A DNA stretch of 64,000 bases from Patescibacteria group bacterium (GCA_040390045.1 JAZJZC010000004.1:579-64578), one strand, 5' to 3'. Positions 18,700-28,717 are shown, counted from the first letter of the stretch. Notes: a model not told the origin generated them from the letters alone. Program-made: numbers and translations.

Positions 18700-21177
18700 A
18701 TGCAGAATGAAGCTATTGATACAGAAGAAAAAGAAATTGAGTCTTCAAAATCCTCGTATGGATTTTTGGAAAAAATTTCTTTCTCGCTAGTGTTTATCCT
18801 GCCACTCCTCGTTCCTCTATTTTTTATGTCGACTAATGTTCTTCCGTTTCAGTTTGCCAAGATGCTGGTATTTTCAATTGTAATTGCCGTCGCGTTTGTA
18901 TGTTGGATTCTTTCCAGATTAAAAGATGGTACATTTATTTTTCCAGCAAATCTCATTACTCTTGGAGCTGCCTTAGTCCTCTTGGTGTCAACCATTTCCG
19001 CTTTTTTTTCAGGTTCAATTGGTTGGTCATTGGCTGGCCAGTCATTTGAACTCGGCACTGTTGCATCGCTTGCAGTTTTGTTTCTGCTCTTCCTGTTAGT
19101 CTCAATTTATCTTCGGAAAAAAGAGAATATTTTTTATGCCTATTCACTTTTTCTCGGATCGTTTCTCGTTATTGCTGTTTTTGAACTTTTGAGATTAATT
19201 TTTGGACCAAGTTTCTTGTCGTTCGGAGTATTTAATGATGTCATTACAAGCACCCTTGGTAAGTGGAATGATCTCGGTATCTTTTTTGGAACCGCCTCAG
19301 TCCTAGCACTCATCACCCTCGAACTCATCTCTCTCAGCAAGATTTTCAGAGTATTTGCCTATATCGTGCTGACTAGTTCACTCTTCTTTTTGGCGGTTAT
19401 CAACCTCAATGTCGTCTGGTACATTTTGGCGGTCTTCAGTCTTAGTTTCTTGGTGTATGTTATTTCATTTGAGAAAAAGGAAGGTGGCTCGATTTTGGCG
19501 GACACTTCTGAAAAAACTTCAAAAGTTAAAAGAATACCAAACGCTTCTCTGGTTGTTTTGATCATCTCTCTAGTGTTCATTGGCGACTCCTTGCTTACAC
19601 GGGTTGATCCGGCCACAGGAGTTTCGCATACATTCATTAGCGAAAAAATTTCAAACTTCTTCAACATCAGTCAGTTTGAGGTTCGACCATCGTGGGCCGC
19701 TACCTATTCAGTTTCAAAAAGCGCTCTCGCGGTCAATCCATTGCTTGGCTCCGGTCCCAACAAATTTTCAAAAGATTGGGCAAGCTTTAAACCTGACGGC
19801 ATCAATTCATCAATTTTCTGGAATACCGATTTTGATTATGCTGTAGGTCTTGTGCCAACCATGATGATTTCCACCGGAATCCTCGGCAGTATTTCTTGGC
19901 TCTTGTTTTTTGGAGTATTTCTCTACTGGGGTTTTCGCGCTCTTTTTTCTACGAGTAGTAACAAGATATCTCGCTACCTCTCCGTATCTTCCTTCTTAGT
20001 GTCTTTGTTTTTGTGGATTATCAACATCTTTTATGTTCCAGGCCTCTCGATCGTGGCGCTCACGTTTTTCTTTACCGGACTTTTCGTTTCTTCCCTCTAT
20101 CAGAGCGGATTAATGAAGCCGAAGGTTTTGTCATTCACTGAAGATCCAAAGAAAGGTTTCATTTCTGTTCTTCTTCTTATCATTCTTTTGGTTTGCACTA
20201 TTACATTCTCGTACGCTCTTCTTGAAAAGACTATTGCAACTCTTAATTATCAAAAAAGTATTGTTGCCTTTAACTCTCAAGGAGATCTCGATAAGGCGGA
20301 AGTCTATCTACAAAAGGCAGCATCAGTCGACGGCTTGGCGCTCTACTATAGAACCCTTGCTCAAATTGATATTGCTCGAATGTCTACCTTGCTTTCTCAG
20401 GATGTTAGTGCTGTTTCGACTGATGTTTTGCAGACAAAGTTTCAGGGGTATTTGACTAACGCTTTGAACAACGCTCAACAAGCGATCAAGATTGATCCAA
20501 GCGATTATCAAAACATCATCACACTTGGAAAAGTCTACGAAACGGTTGTTCCGCTGAAAATTGCTGGAGCTTATGAAAATGCTCAGGCCGCATACAAGCA
20601 AGCGCTCGTGCTTAATCCAAAAAATCCTTCGATCAATTTGTTCTTGGCTCAATTGGAAGTTGTTCATGCCAATAATAAAGGAGCAAAGGATTACATCGCC
20701 GAAGCTCTTAAGCAAAAAAATAATTACACCGAAGCTATTTTCCTACTTGCTCAAATCCAAGTTTCCGAAGGTGATATAAAAAATGCCATCACTTCAGTAC
20801 AAGCCGCATCATATCTTTCACCGAGTGATAGTGGGTTACTCTTCCAGTTAGGATTTTTACGCTACAACGTCAAGGATTACGCAGGAGCAGCCACAGCTCT
20901 TGAACAGGCGATTGCAATCAATTCCAATTACGCCAACGCTCAGTACTTCTTGGGCTTGAGTTACTATCATTTGGACAAAGTCCCGGAAGCCATCGCTCAG
21001 TTTAAAGCCTTGAAGATTACTAACCCTGATAACAAAGAGATCGATCTGATTCTTAAAAATCTCAGCGCCGGAAAAGATCCCTTTGCCAACGCCACGCCAC
21101 CGATAGACAGTAAGCCTGAAAAACGATCGACACTTCCAGTCACTGAAAAAGCTCCGGCTGACGAAGCAGCTAACTAG
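18700..21177 (+). CDS. multi-pass membrane protein (O-antigen ligase-like) with C-terminal TPRs
   Basis: About 12 TM helices, PLLGSGP..F loop, TPR-like helices (YANAQYFLGLSY). Confidence 0.8.
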   Translation: MQNEAIDTEEKEIESSKSSYGFLEKISFSLVFILPLLVPLFFMSTNVLPFQFAKMLVFSIVIAVAFVCWILSRLKDGTFIFPANLITLGAALVLLVSTISAFFSGSIGWSLAGQSFELGTVASLAVLFLLFLLVSIYLRKKENIFYAYSLFLGSFLVIAVFELLRLIFGPSFLSFGVFNDVITSTLGKWNDLGIFFGTASVLALITLELISLSKIFRVFAYIVLTSSLFFLAVINLNVVWYILAVFSLSFLVYVISFEKKEGGSILADTSEKTSKVKRIPNASLVVLIISLVFIGDSLLTRVDPATGVSHTFISEKISNFFNISQFEVRPSWAATYSVSKSALAVNPLLGSGPNKFSKDWASFKPDGINSSIFWNTDFDYAVGLVPTMMISTGILGSISWLLFFGVFLYWGFRALFSTSSNKISRYLSVSSFLVSLFLWIINIFYVPGLSIVALTFFFTGLFVSSLYQSGLMKPKVLSFTEDPKKGFISVLLLIILLVCTITFSYALLEKTIATLNYQKSIVAFNSQGDLDKAEVYLQKAASVDGLALYYRTLAQIDIARMSTLLSQDVSAVSTDVLQTKFQGYLTNALNNAQQAIKIDPSDYQNIITLGKVYETVVPLKIAGAYENAQAAYKQALVLNPKNPSINLFLAQLEVVHANNKGAKDYIAEALKQKNNYTEAIFLLAQIQVSEGDIKNAITSVQAASYLSPSDSGLLFQLGFLRYNVKDYAGAATALEQAIAINSNYANAQYFLGLSYYHLDKVPEAIAQFKALKITNPDNKEIDLILKNLSAGKDPFANATPPIDSKPEKRSTLPVTEKAPADEAAN

Positions 21178-21182
21178 CTATT

Positions 21183-22868
21183 ATGGTCAAGAGAGTGCTC
21201 AATATGTTACATCGTGAGATAAGCGGACTCCATGAGGCCGCTTATCTTTTAGGCGTAGCCGCAATCGCATCGCAATTACTTGCCCTTCTGCGAGATCGAA
21301 TTTTTGCCTACACTTTTGGAGCCAGTCGCACACTCGATATTTATTACGCCGCATTTCGCATTCCCGATCTTATTTTTGTTTCTATTGCTTCTGTGGTTTC
21401 GATTTCAATTCTCCTGCCGTTCTTTATAGAAAAGTTTAAGGAAGGGGAGGCGACAGGCAAGCGATTTGTTGACGCCAGCTTTTCGATTTTTTTTGCTGCC
21501 ATTGTAGTCATTAGTTTTTTGGCTTACATTTGTATTCCATTTTTGACGCCATTTGCTTTCCCAGGGTTTTATAGCCCAGTGGTAAAAGCCCAACTTGTGA
21601 TGTTGGCTCGCATTATGTTACTTTCCCCGATCCTCCTTGGTATCTCAAATTTTCTGGCCAGTATTACCCAGATGTACAATCGTTTTTTTATTTACGCGCT
21701 GAGTCCACTTCTTTATAATCTTGGTATTATCATTGGCGCGCTTTTTTTCTATCCTCTCTTTGGTATATCGGGTTTGGCCTTCGGAGTGGTGCTTGGAGCT
21801 GGACTCCATTGTCTTGTGCAAGTACCTTTTATTTTGGAACGAAAACTTTTTCCTAGATTACGCCTGCCACTTGAATGGCGAACAGTGCGAAAGTTGGTTA
21901 TTCTTTCCTTACCGAGGACGTTGGCGCTCTCCGCCAACCAGATTGCCACCTTTTTTCTAGTGAGCATGGCGTCTCTCATGAGTGTTGGTTCCATCGCCGT
22001 TTTTAATTTTTCCTGGAACTTGCAATCGGTGCCGCTTTCAATCGTTGGTGCCAGTTACGCCTCCGCCGCTTTTCCCGCGCTTTCTCGCTATATTTCACAG
22101 GGATTGCGCGATACTTTTTTGGAACAGATGATTATTTCCACGCGCCATATTCTTTTTTGGTCAATTCCAATGATGGCGCTGTTTGTGGTTCTTCGCGCGC
22201 AAATCGTCCGTACCATTCTCGGCGCAGGAAACTTTAGCTGGTCTGACACGCGACTGACCGCCGCATGTCTGGCAATTTTTATTCTTTCAGTTGTCCCTCA
22301 AAGTCTATTGCTTCTTTTTGTTCGTGGATATTATGCATTAGGAAAAACCAAGAAGCCTTTGATAATTAATGTGGTCACTTCAGTTTTTTTAATTTTTTTG
22401 GGATATATTTTTATTTACCTTTTCAAGACCTTCGACACATTCAGGTTTTTTCTTGAAAATTTATTTAAGGTCGACAGTTTGCCTGGCAGTATTGTGTTGG
22501 TGCTTCCTTTGGCCTACTCTGTGGGTACAACGATCAATGCGCTCGTGCACTGGATCGCTTTCCAGCGAGAATTTCCAAGTTTTACGCGACCGGTATTCAA
22601 AACACTTTTCGCCAGTTTTTCCTCATCGGTTATCATGGGGTACGTCGCGTATTTATTTCTCGATATCTTCGACAATATTTTCAATATCAATACTGTTCTT
22701 GGTGTATTTCTTCAAGGCTTTTGTTCGGGGGTTCTTGGTATTGCCGCGGGTATTTTAGTTTTGGTTCTTATGAAAAATCAAGAAATTCGAGAAATATGGA
22801 AGGCCTTCCATCATAGAATTTGGAAAACTAAAGTTATTGGTGCGGATCCAGTGGACGCTCTGTTATAG
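21183..22868 (+). CDS. murJ: lipid II flippase MurJ/MviN
   Basis: LALLRDRIFAYTFGA, YYAAFRIPD, AFPALS, RGYYALG.TK.P. Confidence 0.92.
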   Translation: MVKRVLNMLHREISGLHEAAYLLGVAAIASQLLALLRDRIFAYTFGASRTLDIYYAAFRIPDLIFVSIASVVSISILLPFFIEKFKEGEATGKRFVDASFSIFFAAIVVISFLAYICIPFLTPFAFPGFYSPVVKAQLVMLARIMLLSPILLGISNFLASITQMYNRFFIYALSPLLYNLGIIIGALFFYPLFGISGLAFGVVLGAGLHCLVQVPFILERKLFPRLRLPLEWRTVRKLVILSLPRTLALSANQIATFFLVSMASLMSVGSIAVFNFSWNLQSVPLSIVGASYASAAFPALSRYISQGLRDTFLEQMIISTRHILFWSIPMMALFVVLRAQIVRTILGAGNFSWSDTRLTAACLAIFILSVVPQSLLLLFVRGYYALGKTKKPLIINVVTSVFLIFLGYIFIYLFKTFDTFRFFLENLFKVDSLPGSIVLVLPLAYSVGTTINALVHWIAFQREFPSFTRPVFKTLFASFSSSVIMGYVAYLFLDIFDNIFNINTVLGVFLQGFCSGVLGIAAGILVLVLMKNQEIREIWKAFHHRIWKTKVIGADPVDALL

Positions 22869-22924
22869 TATTAAAAAAGAGCGAAGAAAACTTCGCTCTT
22901 ACTCGCATTTGTCCGCGCGCCTTA

Positions 22925-23383
22925 CTAAATGGTTGAGCATGCGATGACCTGTCGGCGCAGATCCTCAAGTGTCGGGTAGAACGGACAAAGTGCCTCCGCT
23001 GCTTGATTTTCGCGCTCGCCCAAAAGTCCTAGGAGTAAATGTTCCGTCCCGGCGAAAGATGCGCCGAGTCGGTCAGCCTCCTGTTTTGCAAAGCTTAAAA
23101 TTCTATAGACCCGCGGTGTCAGCGGTATATCGTGGTCAGAATTTAACTTTTCTGAAAAGAGAGACTCACTCAAGGCTGACTCAATTTTGCTCACAACGGT
23201 TTGAGTTATTCCTGAAGAGGCTAACACTCTGGCAGCAGTGGACTCTGGGCCAAGCTTGATAATCCCAAGTAGGATATGCCCGCCACCAACAAAGTTGTGC
23301 CCGAGCCGACGAGCCTCCTTTGAAGCGTTTGCAATAGCCTGTTGGGCACGCGGTGTAAAGTCCCGGTTCTCGATGTTTTTCAT
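22925..23383 (-). CDS. stand-alone Clp N-terminal (double Clp-N) domain protein
   Basis: FTPRAQQAI..A..EARRLGH, LTPR..A..EA..LG..GTEHLLLGLL; no AAA+ domain. Confidence 0.85.
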   Translation of the reverse strand: MKNIENRDFTPRAQQAIANASKEARRLGHNFVGGGHILLGIIKLGPESTAARVLASSGITQTVVSKIESALSESLFSEKLNSDHDIPLTPRVYRILSFAKQEADRLGASFAGTEHLLLGLLGERENQAAEALCPFYPTLEDLRRQVIACSTI

Positions 23384-23495
23384 GTTTCTTCTTTTCTAAC
23401 GTTTCTGTATTCTGTGTACATTTTTACACTACGGTTCAATTTCTGTCAAAATTTTAAGTTGGTGATTAGGCCTTATTTCTGCTAGTATAACGTTC

Positions 23496-25298
23496 ATGGA
23501 CCTAAAAAATATCCGAAATTTTTCAATTATCGCTCACATTGACCACGGTAAAAGTACCTTGGCTGATCGGCTTTTGGAATTGACGGGTACTATCGAAAAA
23601 CGAAAAATGCAGGATCAGGTGCTCGACTCGATGGAACTTGAACGAGAGCGGGGGATTACAATCAAAATGACCCCCGTTAGAATGGGTTACAAACAGCAGT
23701 CAACCGATTACACACTTAATCTTATCGACACTCCCGGCCATATTGATTTTTCCTATGAAGTTTCTCGTGCACTCCGCGCGGTTGAAGGTGCAATCCTGCT
23801 TATTGACGCAACGCAGGGAATTCAAGCGCAGACTCTTTCGGTACTCAACATGGCGCGTGAGGCTGGGCTTGTGATTATCCCCGCGGTTAATAAAGTGGAT
23901 TCGCCACTCGCTAGAACTGCTGAAATAAAATCGGAGGTGGCCAAACTGCTCGAGTGTGATGAAAGTGATGTGCTTGAAGTTTCCGGACGAACCGGCCAGG
24001 GTGTGCCAAAACTCTTGGAAGAAATTGTTCGTCGGATTCCACCACCGCATGAAGAAATTGCGAACAGTGGCAGTTTCCGCGGATTGATTTTTGATTTTCA
24101 ATATTCCAACCACACAGGGGTGATTGTCTACCTGAGAATTTTTGATGGTACGGCGCGCAAAGGCGAAAAATTAATTTTTAAAATTGCGGGTAAGGAATTT
24201 ACGCCGATTGAAGTGGGTGTTTTTGCGCCGGCTCCAACTGCCGCGGAGAGTTTAAACGCGGGCGAGATCGGCTATATTGTCACTGGCATCAAAGAACCCG
24301 GGATTGCGTCGGTTGGAGATACGGTGACCGTTTTGAACAAACCACTTCCCGAGCTTGCCGGCTACATGAGTCCGAGACCTGTGGTATGGGCGTCAATTTA
24401 TCCAGAAAGTCAGGACGATTTTAATTTGCTCAGACAAGCTCTTGGGCGATTACGTCTTTCTGATTCCTCATTTACCCACGAAGAAGAGTCTTCAGGTCTT
24501 TTGGGTCGAGGTTTTAGGTGTGGATTTTTGGGAATGCTTCATCTGGAAATTATTACTGAACGCCTTCGTCGCGAATTTCCACTTAAACTTATTGTGACCA
24601 CACCAAGCATTACTTACGAAGTAATTGATACACGAGGGAAACGTTTGGTTGTTCATTCGCCAACACTTTTACCCGAGTATGGTGAGATTGATAAAATTTT
24701 TGAACCATGGGTGGTAATCAAAATCATTACCCCTTCGGATTTTCTTGGCCCGATTATGCAATTGCTTTTTAAGCATGAAGCGATTGTGGGCGAGTCAGAA
24801 ACTTTTGGTGACAATCGCTCCTCCGTCACGCTTGAAATGCCGTTGCGAGAACTGATGAGAAATTTCTTCGATGAGTTGAAAAGTGTTTCTTCAGGATTTG
24901 CTTCTCTTTCCTACAAGATTGGTGATATTCGAGAGGCGGATGTGGTGAAGCTAGATTTGTTGGTGGCAGATGAAGTGGTGCCGGCCTTTTCTCGCGTGGT
25001 ATCGAGAAAACGCGCGGAGGAAGAAGCGGAAGCGGCGGTTGAAAAATTGTACGGCATTTTACCGCACCAAATGTTTGTCACCAAAATTCAGGGAAGAGCT
25101 TTGGGTAGGATTATGTCATCGCGCACAATTTCTGCTATGAAGAAAGATGTCACCCAGCATATGTACGGAGGCGACATTACTCGAAAAATGAAACTTCGCG
25201 AAAAACAGAAAAAAGGCAAAAAGAAAATGCTCGAACGGGGTCGAGGCAACGTCAACATTCCTCAGGAGGTGTTTATCAAGATGATGCGAAGCGAGTAA
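23496..25298 (+). CDS. lepA: elongation factor 4
   Basis: IRNFSIIAHIDHGKSTLADR, GFRCGFLGMLH, YGGDITRK. Confidence 0.98.
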   Translation: MDLKNIRNFSIIAHIDHGKSTLADRLLELTGTIEKRKMQDQVLDSMELERERGITIKMTPVRMGYKQQSTDYTLNLIDTPGHIDFSYEVSRALRAVEGAILLIDATQGIQAQTLSVLNMAREAGLVIIPAVNKVDSPLARTAEIKSEVAKLLECDESDVLEVSGRTGQGVPKLLEEIVRRIPPPHEEIANSGSFRGLIFDFQYSNHTGVIVYLRIFDGTARKGEKLIFKIAGKEFTPIEVGVFAPAPTAAESLNAGEIGYIVTGIKEPGIASVGDTVTVLNKPLPELAGYMSPRPVVWASIYPESQDDFNLLRQALGRLRLSDSSFTHEEESSGLLGRGFRCGFLGMLHLEIITERLRREFPLKLIVTTPSITYEVIDTRGKRLVVHSPTLLPEYGEIDKIFEPWVVIKIITPSDFLGPIMQLLFKHEAIVGESETFGDNRSSVTLEMPLRELMRNFFDELKSVSSGFASLSYKIGDIREADVVKLDLLVADEVVPAFSRVVSRKRAEEEAEAAVEKLYGILPHQMFVTKIQGRALGRIMSSRTISAMKKDVTQHMYGGDITRKMKLREKQKKGKKKMLERGRGNVNIPQEVFIKMMRSE

Positions 25299-25305
25299 AC
25301 CATCC

Positions 25306-25417
25306 ATACGAAAATACGAAAAAAGAAGATGGTATACGAAATCATACAAAAAACTCAGTAGTCCTTGAGGTTTTTGTATGATTTCGTATTTTCGTACCCA
25401 ATTCGTAATTTCGTATT
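25306..25417. repeat. TACGAA-type inverted microsatellite, copy 2
   Basis: TACGAAATCATACAAAAAACTCA ... TGAGGTTTTTGTATGATTTCGTA with further TACGAA/TTCGTA units outside. Confidence 0.8.
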
Positions 25418-25420
25418 GAC

Positions 25421-25531
25421 CTAACTATACAGTCCAGGTAAATAGAGAAGCACCATACTTAAAATAATAAGGATACAGAGTATGCTCCAAATGATCTGGA
25501 TTTTTTTCTGGTGTTTTTTGTTGAATAGCAT
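25421..25531 (-). CDS. small membrane protein (36 aa), not in the ORF track
   Basis: MLFNKKHQKKIQIIWSILCILIILSMVLLYLPGLYS*: basic N-terminus plus one TM helix. Confidence 0.65.
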   Translation of the reverse strand: MLFNKKHQKKIQIIWSILCILIILSMVLLYLPGLYS

Positions 25532-25683
25532 GATAGTAGTAGATTAGTAATTAGTAAATTGGTCGGTAGATAAAGATAAGATCACTCTATCTTATTATTT
25601 TTATACCGATTTTGCAACAAAAACGAGAGCTAGGCGGTTACTCGGGTCTACCAACTACCAACTATTTACTATATACTATTTTA

Positions 25684-26064
25684 ATGCGCGAATTTGAACA
25701 CAAAAGGAAATTCCGTAAAATATTGTCATCGCCAATACTTTTGGTTCCGCTTGCCCTGATCGCTTTTTTTTCAGCTCGCGCAACATGGAATATTTACCTT
25801 AAGGATCGAGATTCTGTGGTCGAGTTGCAAACGTCTCAAGAACGTTTAGCTAAACTTGAGGGTCGTCAGGCCGAGCTTTCAGTGGCGACTGCAAAACTTT
25901 CAAGCGAGTCTGGCATTGAGGGTGAAATTCGAGATCGGTATCAAATGGCTAGGCAAGGGGAGAAAGAGGTGGTAATCGTAGAAAATCCATCGAGTAATCA
26001 GGCTACGCTTATTGTTAAAAAAGGTTTTTTCCAAAAAATTATTGATTTTTTTATGAAGAGATAA
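25684..26064 (+). CDS. septum formation initiator (FtsB/DivIC-like)
   Basis: TM helix, coiled coil, IE.EIRDRYQMARQGEKEVVIV. Confidence 0.75.
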   Translation: MREFEHKRKFRKILSSPILLVPLALIAFFSARATWNIYLKDRDSVVELQTSQERLAKLEGRQAELSVATAKLSSESGIEGEIRDRYQMARQGEKEVVIVENPSSNQATLIVKKGFFQKIIDFFMKR

Positions 26065-26078
26065 CATAACTATGTTTT

Positions 26079-26160
26079 GCGGATATGGTTTAGTGGTAGA
26101 ATGCGTACCCCGTCATTCGACGGGGTAAACTTCCCAAGCAAGAGGCGCGGAGTTTCAAGT
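26079..26160 (+). pseudogene. degenerate tRNA-Gly(CCC) copy interrupted by a palindrome
   Basis: GCGGATATGGTTTAGTGGTAGAATGCGT [ACCCCGTCATTCGACGGGGTAAA] CTTCCCAAGCAAGAGGCGCG parallels 26291-26340; no intact 3' half. Confidence 0.75.
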
Positions 26161-26185
26161 CATCTTATGACTTGACCCTGTCGGA

Positions 26186-26305
26186 GAGGCGTATCTTCTT
26201 GAAAGCGATGCTCGACGTCGAGAGCGGTATCTTAAAACAACAGAAGGAAAGAGATTTCTGAAACAACAAATAAGAGATTATTTAATTCAAGCGGGTATAG
26301 TATAG
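26186..26305 (+). pseudogene. C-terminal remnant of a GIY-YIG-like nuclease
   Basis: Translates to EAYLLESDARRRERYLKTTEGKRFLK, matching the EA..A..RE..LK helix of small GIY-YIG proteins; no start codon; stop lies inside tRNA-Gly. Confidence 0.7.
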
Positions 26306-26361
26306 TGGCAATATGCGTGCTTCCCAAGCATGAGACGCGAGTTCAATTCTCGCTACCCGCA
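26291..26361 (+). tRNA. tRNA-Gly(CCC)
   Basis: Acceptor GCGGGTA/TACCCGC, CGTGC-TTCCCAA-GCATG, GTTCAATTC; no CCA. Confidence 0.93.
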
Positions 26362-26500
26362 CACGTATAAAACATCGACAGATGTTTTATACGTGTGCGG
26401 GAATTGAAGCCCGATTGAGCATTTTTTCTAGTTTCTGAACGTAGAAAAAATCCAATCGCGGGTACTGAAACTGTAAGTTTCGATTCTCCCTATCCGCACA
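26362..26500 (+). repeat. tRNA trailer element (variant core)
   Basis: 21-bp perfect IR including the tRNA 3' end, GAATTGAA antisense to the T-loop, ends TTCGATTCTCCCTATCCGCACA. Confidence 0.8.
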
Positions 26501-26519
26501 ATTACATTATAAAATTTAA

Positions 26520-27209
26520 ATGCTAAAAATTTCTTGCATCATTCCGGCCTATAATGAAGAGAAAAATATCACACGTGTTCTTCGGATTCTGGTCCCACTT
26601 ATCGGCACGGTGATTCACGAAGTGATCGTTGTCGATGATATGTCAGGTGACAATACGAAAGAAATTGTTAAAAATTTTTCGACAGTCCGACTGGTGGAGC
26701 ATCTAGTCAACGAAGGAAAAAGTAAAACTGTCTCTGATGGCATACAAAAATCAACTGGCGATTATATTTTGCTACTTGATGCGGACTTGCTGTACCTCAA
26801 TCAAGGCAACATCACTGATCTCATTACACCCATCAGTAACAACAGAGCCGACGTTACTATCAGTTTCAGAAAAAATGCCTGGCCACTTTTTCCTTTTAAG
26901 GATATTGATTATTTATCTGGCGAGAGAATTTTTCCTAAAAAACACGCGGCATCTTTTTTGGATGAGATGGCGCAATTGCCGGGCTATGGACTTGAGGTGT
27001 TTTTAAATAAAAATGTCATCATTCGCAATCAATTGCGTCTGGCGGTCGTGCAATGGCCAAATGTTGAAAACCAGCCTCATTATCGTAAAAAAGGTATACT
27101 TAAAGGCGCGCGTGTGATTGCCAAAATTTGGTGGAATGTGCTTCGTACTGCCTCAATCATTGAAATATTTAAACAAAATATTAGTATGCGGAAACTTCTT
27201 GTAAAATAA
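26520..27209 (+). CDS. GT2 glycosyltransferase
   Basis: ISCIIPAYNEE, VVDD, LLLDAD. Confidence 0.92.
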   Translation: MLKISCIIPAYNEEKNITRVLRILVPLIGTVIHEVIVVDDMSGDNTKEIVKNFSTVRLVEHLVNEGKSKTVSDGIQKSTGDYILLLDADLLYLNQGNITDLITPISNNRADVTISFRKNAWPLFPFKDIDYLSGERIFPKKHAASFLDEMAQLPGYGLEVFLNKNVIIRNQLRLAVVQWPNVENQPHYRKKGILKGARVIAKIWWNVLRTASIIEIFKQNISMRKLLVK

Positions 27210-27210
27210 T

Positions 27211-27969
27211 ATGAAATTAAGTTTTGTTATACCTGCGTACAATGAGGAATCTTTAATTCGCCCGTGTCTCGAGTCTGTCTTACTGCAAACAGAATATCTT
27301 TTGGGTGAAGTTGAAATTATTGTTGTAAATAATGCGAGTACCGATAAAACGAAGGAGATCGCGCTCTCTTTTAAGCGGGTGGTGGTGGTTGACGAAGGGA
27401 AGAAAGGCTTAGTTAATGCCCGGCAGGCTGGTTTTTTGGCATCTACAGGGGATTTAATCGCTAACATTGATGCTGACACACGATTAACACCCGGTTGGGT
27501 GAACAAAGTTTTAAAGGAGTTTTCTAAAAGCGAAAGGTTGGTCGCTCTCAGCGGCCCATATATTTATTATGATTTATCAAGGGCGTACAATCTTTTAGTG
27601 CGCACATTTTATTATTTAGGATATATTAGTCATGTTATAAATCACAAGATTTTTCATATTGGAGCAATGCTCCAAGGTGGTAATTTTATTTTACGCCGCA
27701 GGGCTTTAGAGAAAATCGGAGGGTTTGATACCAGAATTATTTTTTATGGAGAGGATACGGATATTGCCAGACGAATTCAGAAAGTGGGGGAGGTAAAATT
27801 CGATTTTGCATTACCAATCTATTCTTCCGGAAGGCGTCTAAAAAAAGAGGGGATGCTTAGGAGTGCATGGCACTATTCAATCAATTATTTTTGGATCACT
27901 ATTTTTAAAAAACCTTTTACAGAAAATTATAACGACATTCGATCGAAGGCGGTAAAGCCAAAGAATTGA
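27211..27969 (+). CDS. GT2 glycosyltransferase
   Basis: SFVIPAYNEE, IDAD, GGFD..YGEDTD, SSGRR. Confidence 0.92.
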   Translation: MKLSFVIPAYNEESLIRPCLESVLLQTEYLLGEVEIIVVNNASTDKTKEIALSFKRVVVVDEGKKGLVNARQAGFLASTGDLIANIDADTRLTPGWVNKVLKEFSKSERLVALSGPYIYYDLSRAYNLLVRTFYYLGYISHVINHKIFHIGAMLQGGNFILRRRALEKIGGFDTRIIFYGEDTDIARRIQKVGEVKFDFALPIYSSGRRLKKEGMLRSAWHYSINYFWITIFKKPFTENYNDIRSKAVKPKN

Positions 27970-28016
27970 ACTCGAATAACGTTATTGAACGGTAGGTTGC
28001 TATCAGTTATAATTAT

Positions 28017-28652
28017 TTGATGGGAAAACCCTCCTTATCAAAAATTGAAATCGATCAGATTGTTGACTTAAGAAAAAATGGTCACACACTCTCGGAAATT
28101 CAAGCTGTTGTTAAACGTGCTTACGGGACTGTGTTTAAATACATGAAGAACGTCTCTGTTTTACCTGAAAAAGAAGAATTTTGGAAAGTGAGACGTGGAG
28201 GTAGCAAGTTTCGTTCATTAAGTGAATGGCAAGAAGCGAAGGTAAAAGCTAAGAATTTGATTTTTCCAATTGGAAAAAAAGAGAGGCTTATTATTCTTGC
28301 CTGTTTGTACTGGGGAGAGGGCAATAAATCCGAACTCAATTTAATCAATAGTGATCCAGATTTGATCAGGTTGTTCGTTAGTTGTTTAAGGGATATTGGA
28401 GTTACTAAGGATCAACTCAAGGTATCAATTAGAATTTATGATGATGTCAATAAAAAGGAGGCGATAAGATTTTGGGCTGGTGTCGTGGGAATTTCTCCTG
28501 ATGAGATTTTGTCTGTTAATGTTTTGTTTGGTAAAAAGAAAGGAAAACTAAAGTACGGTATGTGTCGTGTGCGCGTCCAAAAGGGTAAATTATATTTCAA
28601 ATTGATAATGAGTATGATAGCCTTGATGAAAGAGAATTTATTGCTGCCGTAG
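28017..28652 (+). CDS. HTH + LAGLIDADG-like protein overlapping the tRNA-Arg 5' end
   Basis: N-terminal HTH-like segment (LRKNGHTLSEI), LACLYWGEG, NSDPDLIRLF, FW..YG; stop TAG inside the tRNA. Confidence 0.65.
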   Translation: MMGKPSLSKIEIDQIVDLRKNGHTLSEIQAVVKRAYGTVFKYMKNVSVLPEKEEFWKVRRGGSKFRSLSEWQEAKVKAKNLIFPIGKKERLIILACLYWGEGNKSELNLINSDPDLIRLFVSCLRDIGVTKDQLKVSIRIYDDVNKKEAIRFWAGVVGISPDEILSVNVLFGKKKGKLKYGMCRVRVQKGKLYFKLIMSMIALMKENLLLP

Positions 28653-28717
28653 TTCAATGGATAGAACAAGACACTCCTAACGTCTAGATGCAGGTTCGAT
28701 TCCTGCCGGTGGCACCA
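28643..28717 (+). tRNA. tRNA-Arg(CCT)
   Basis: Acceptor GCTGCCG/CGGTGGC, loop CTCCTAA, GGTTCGATTCC, encoded ACCA. Confidence 0.93.
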
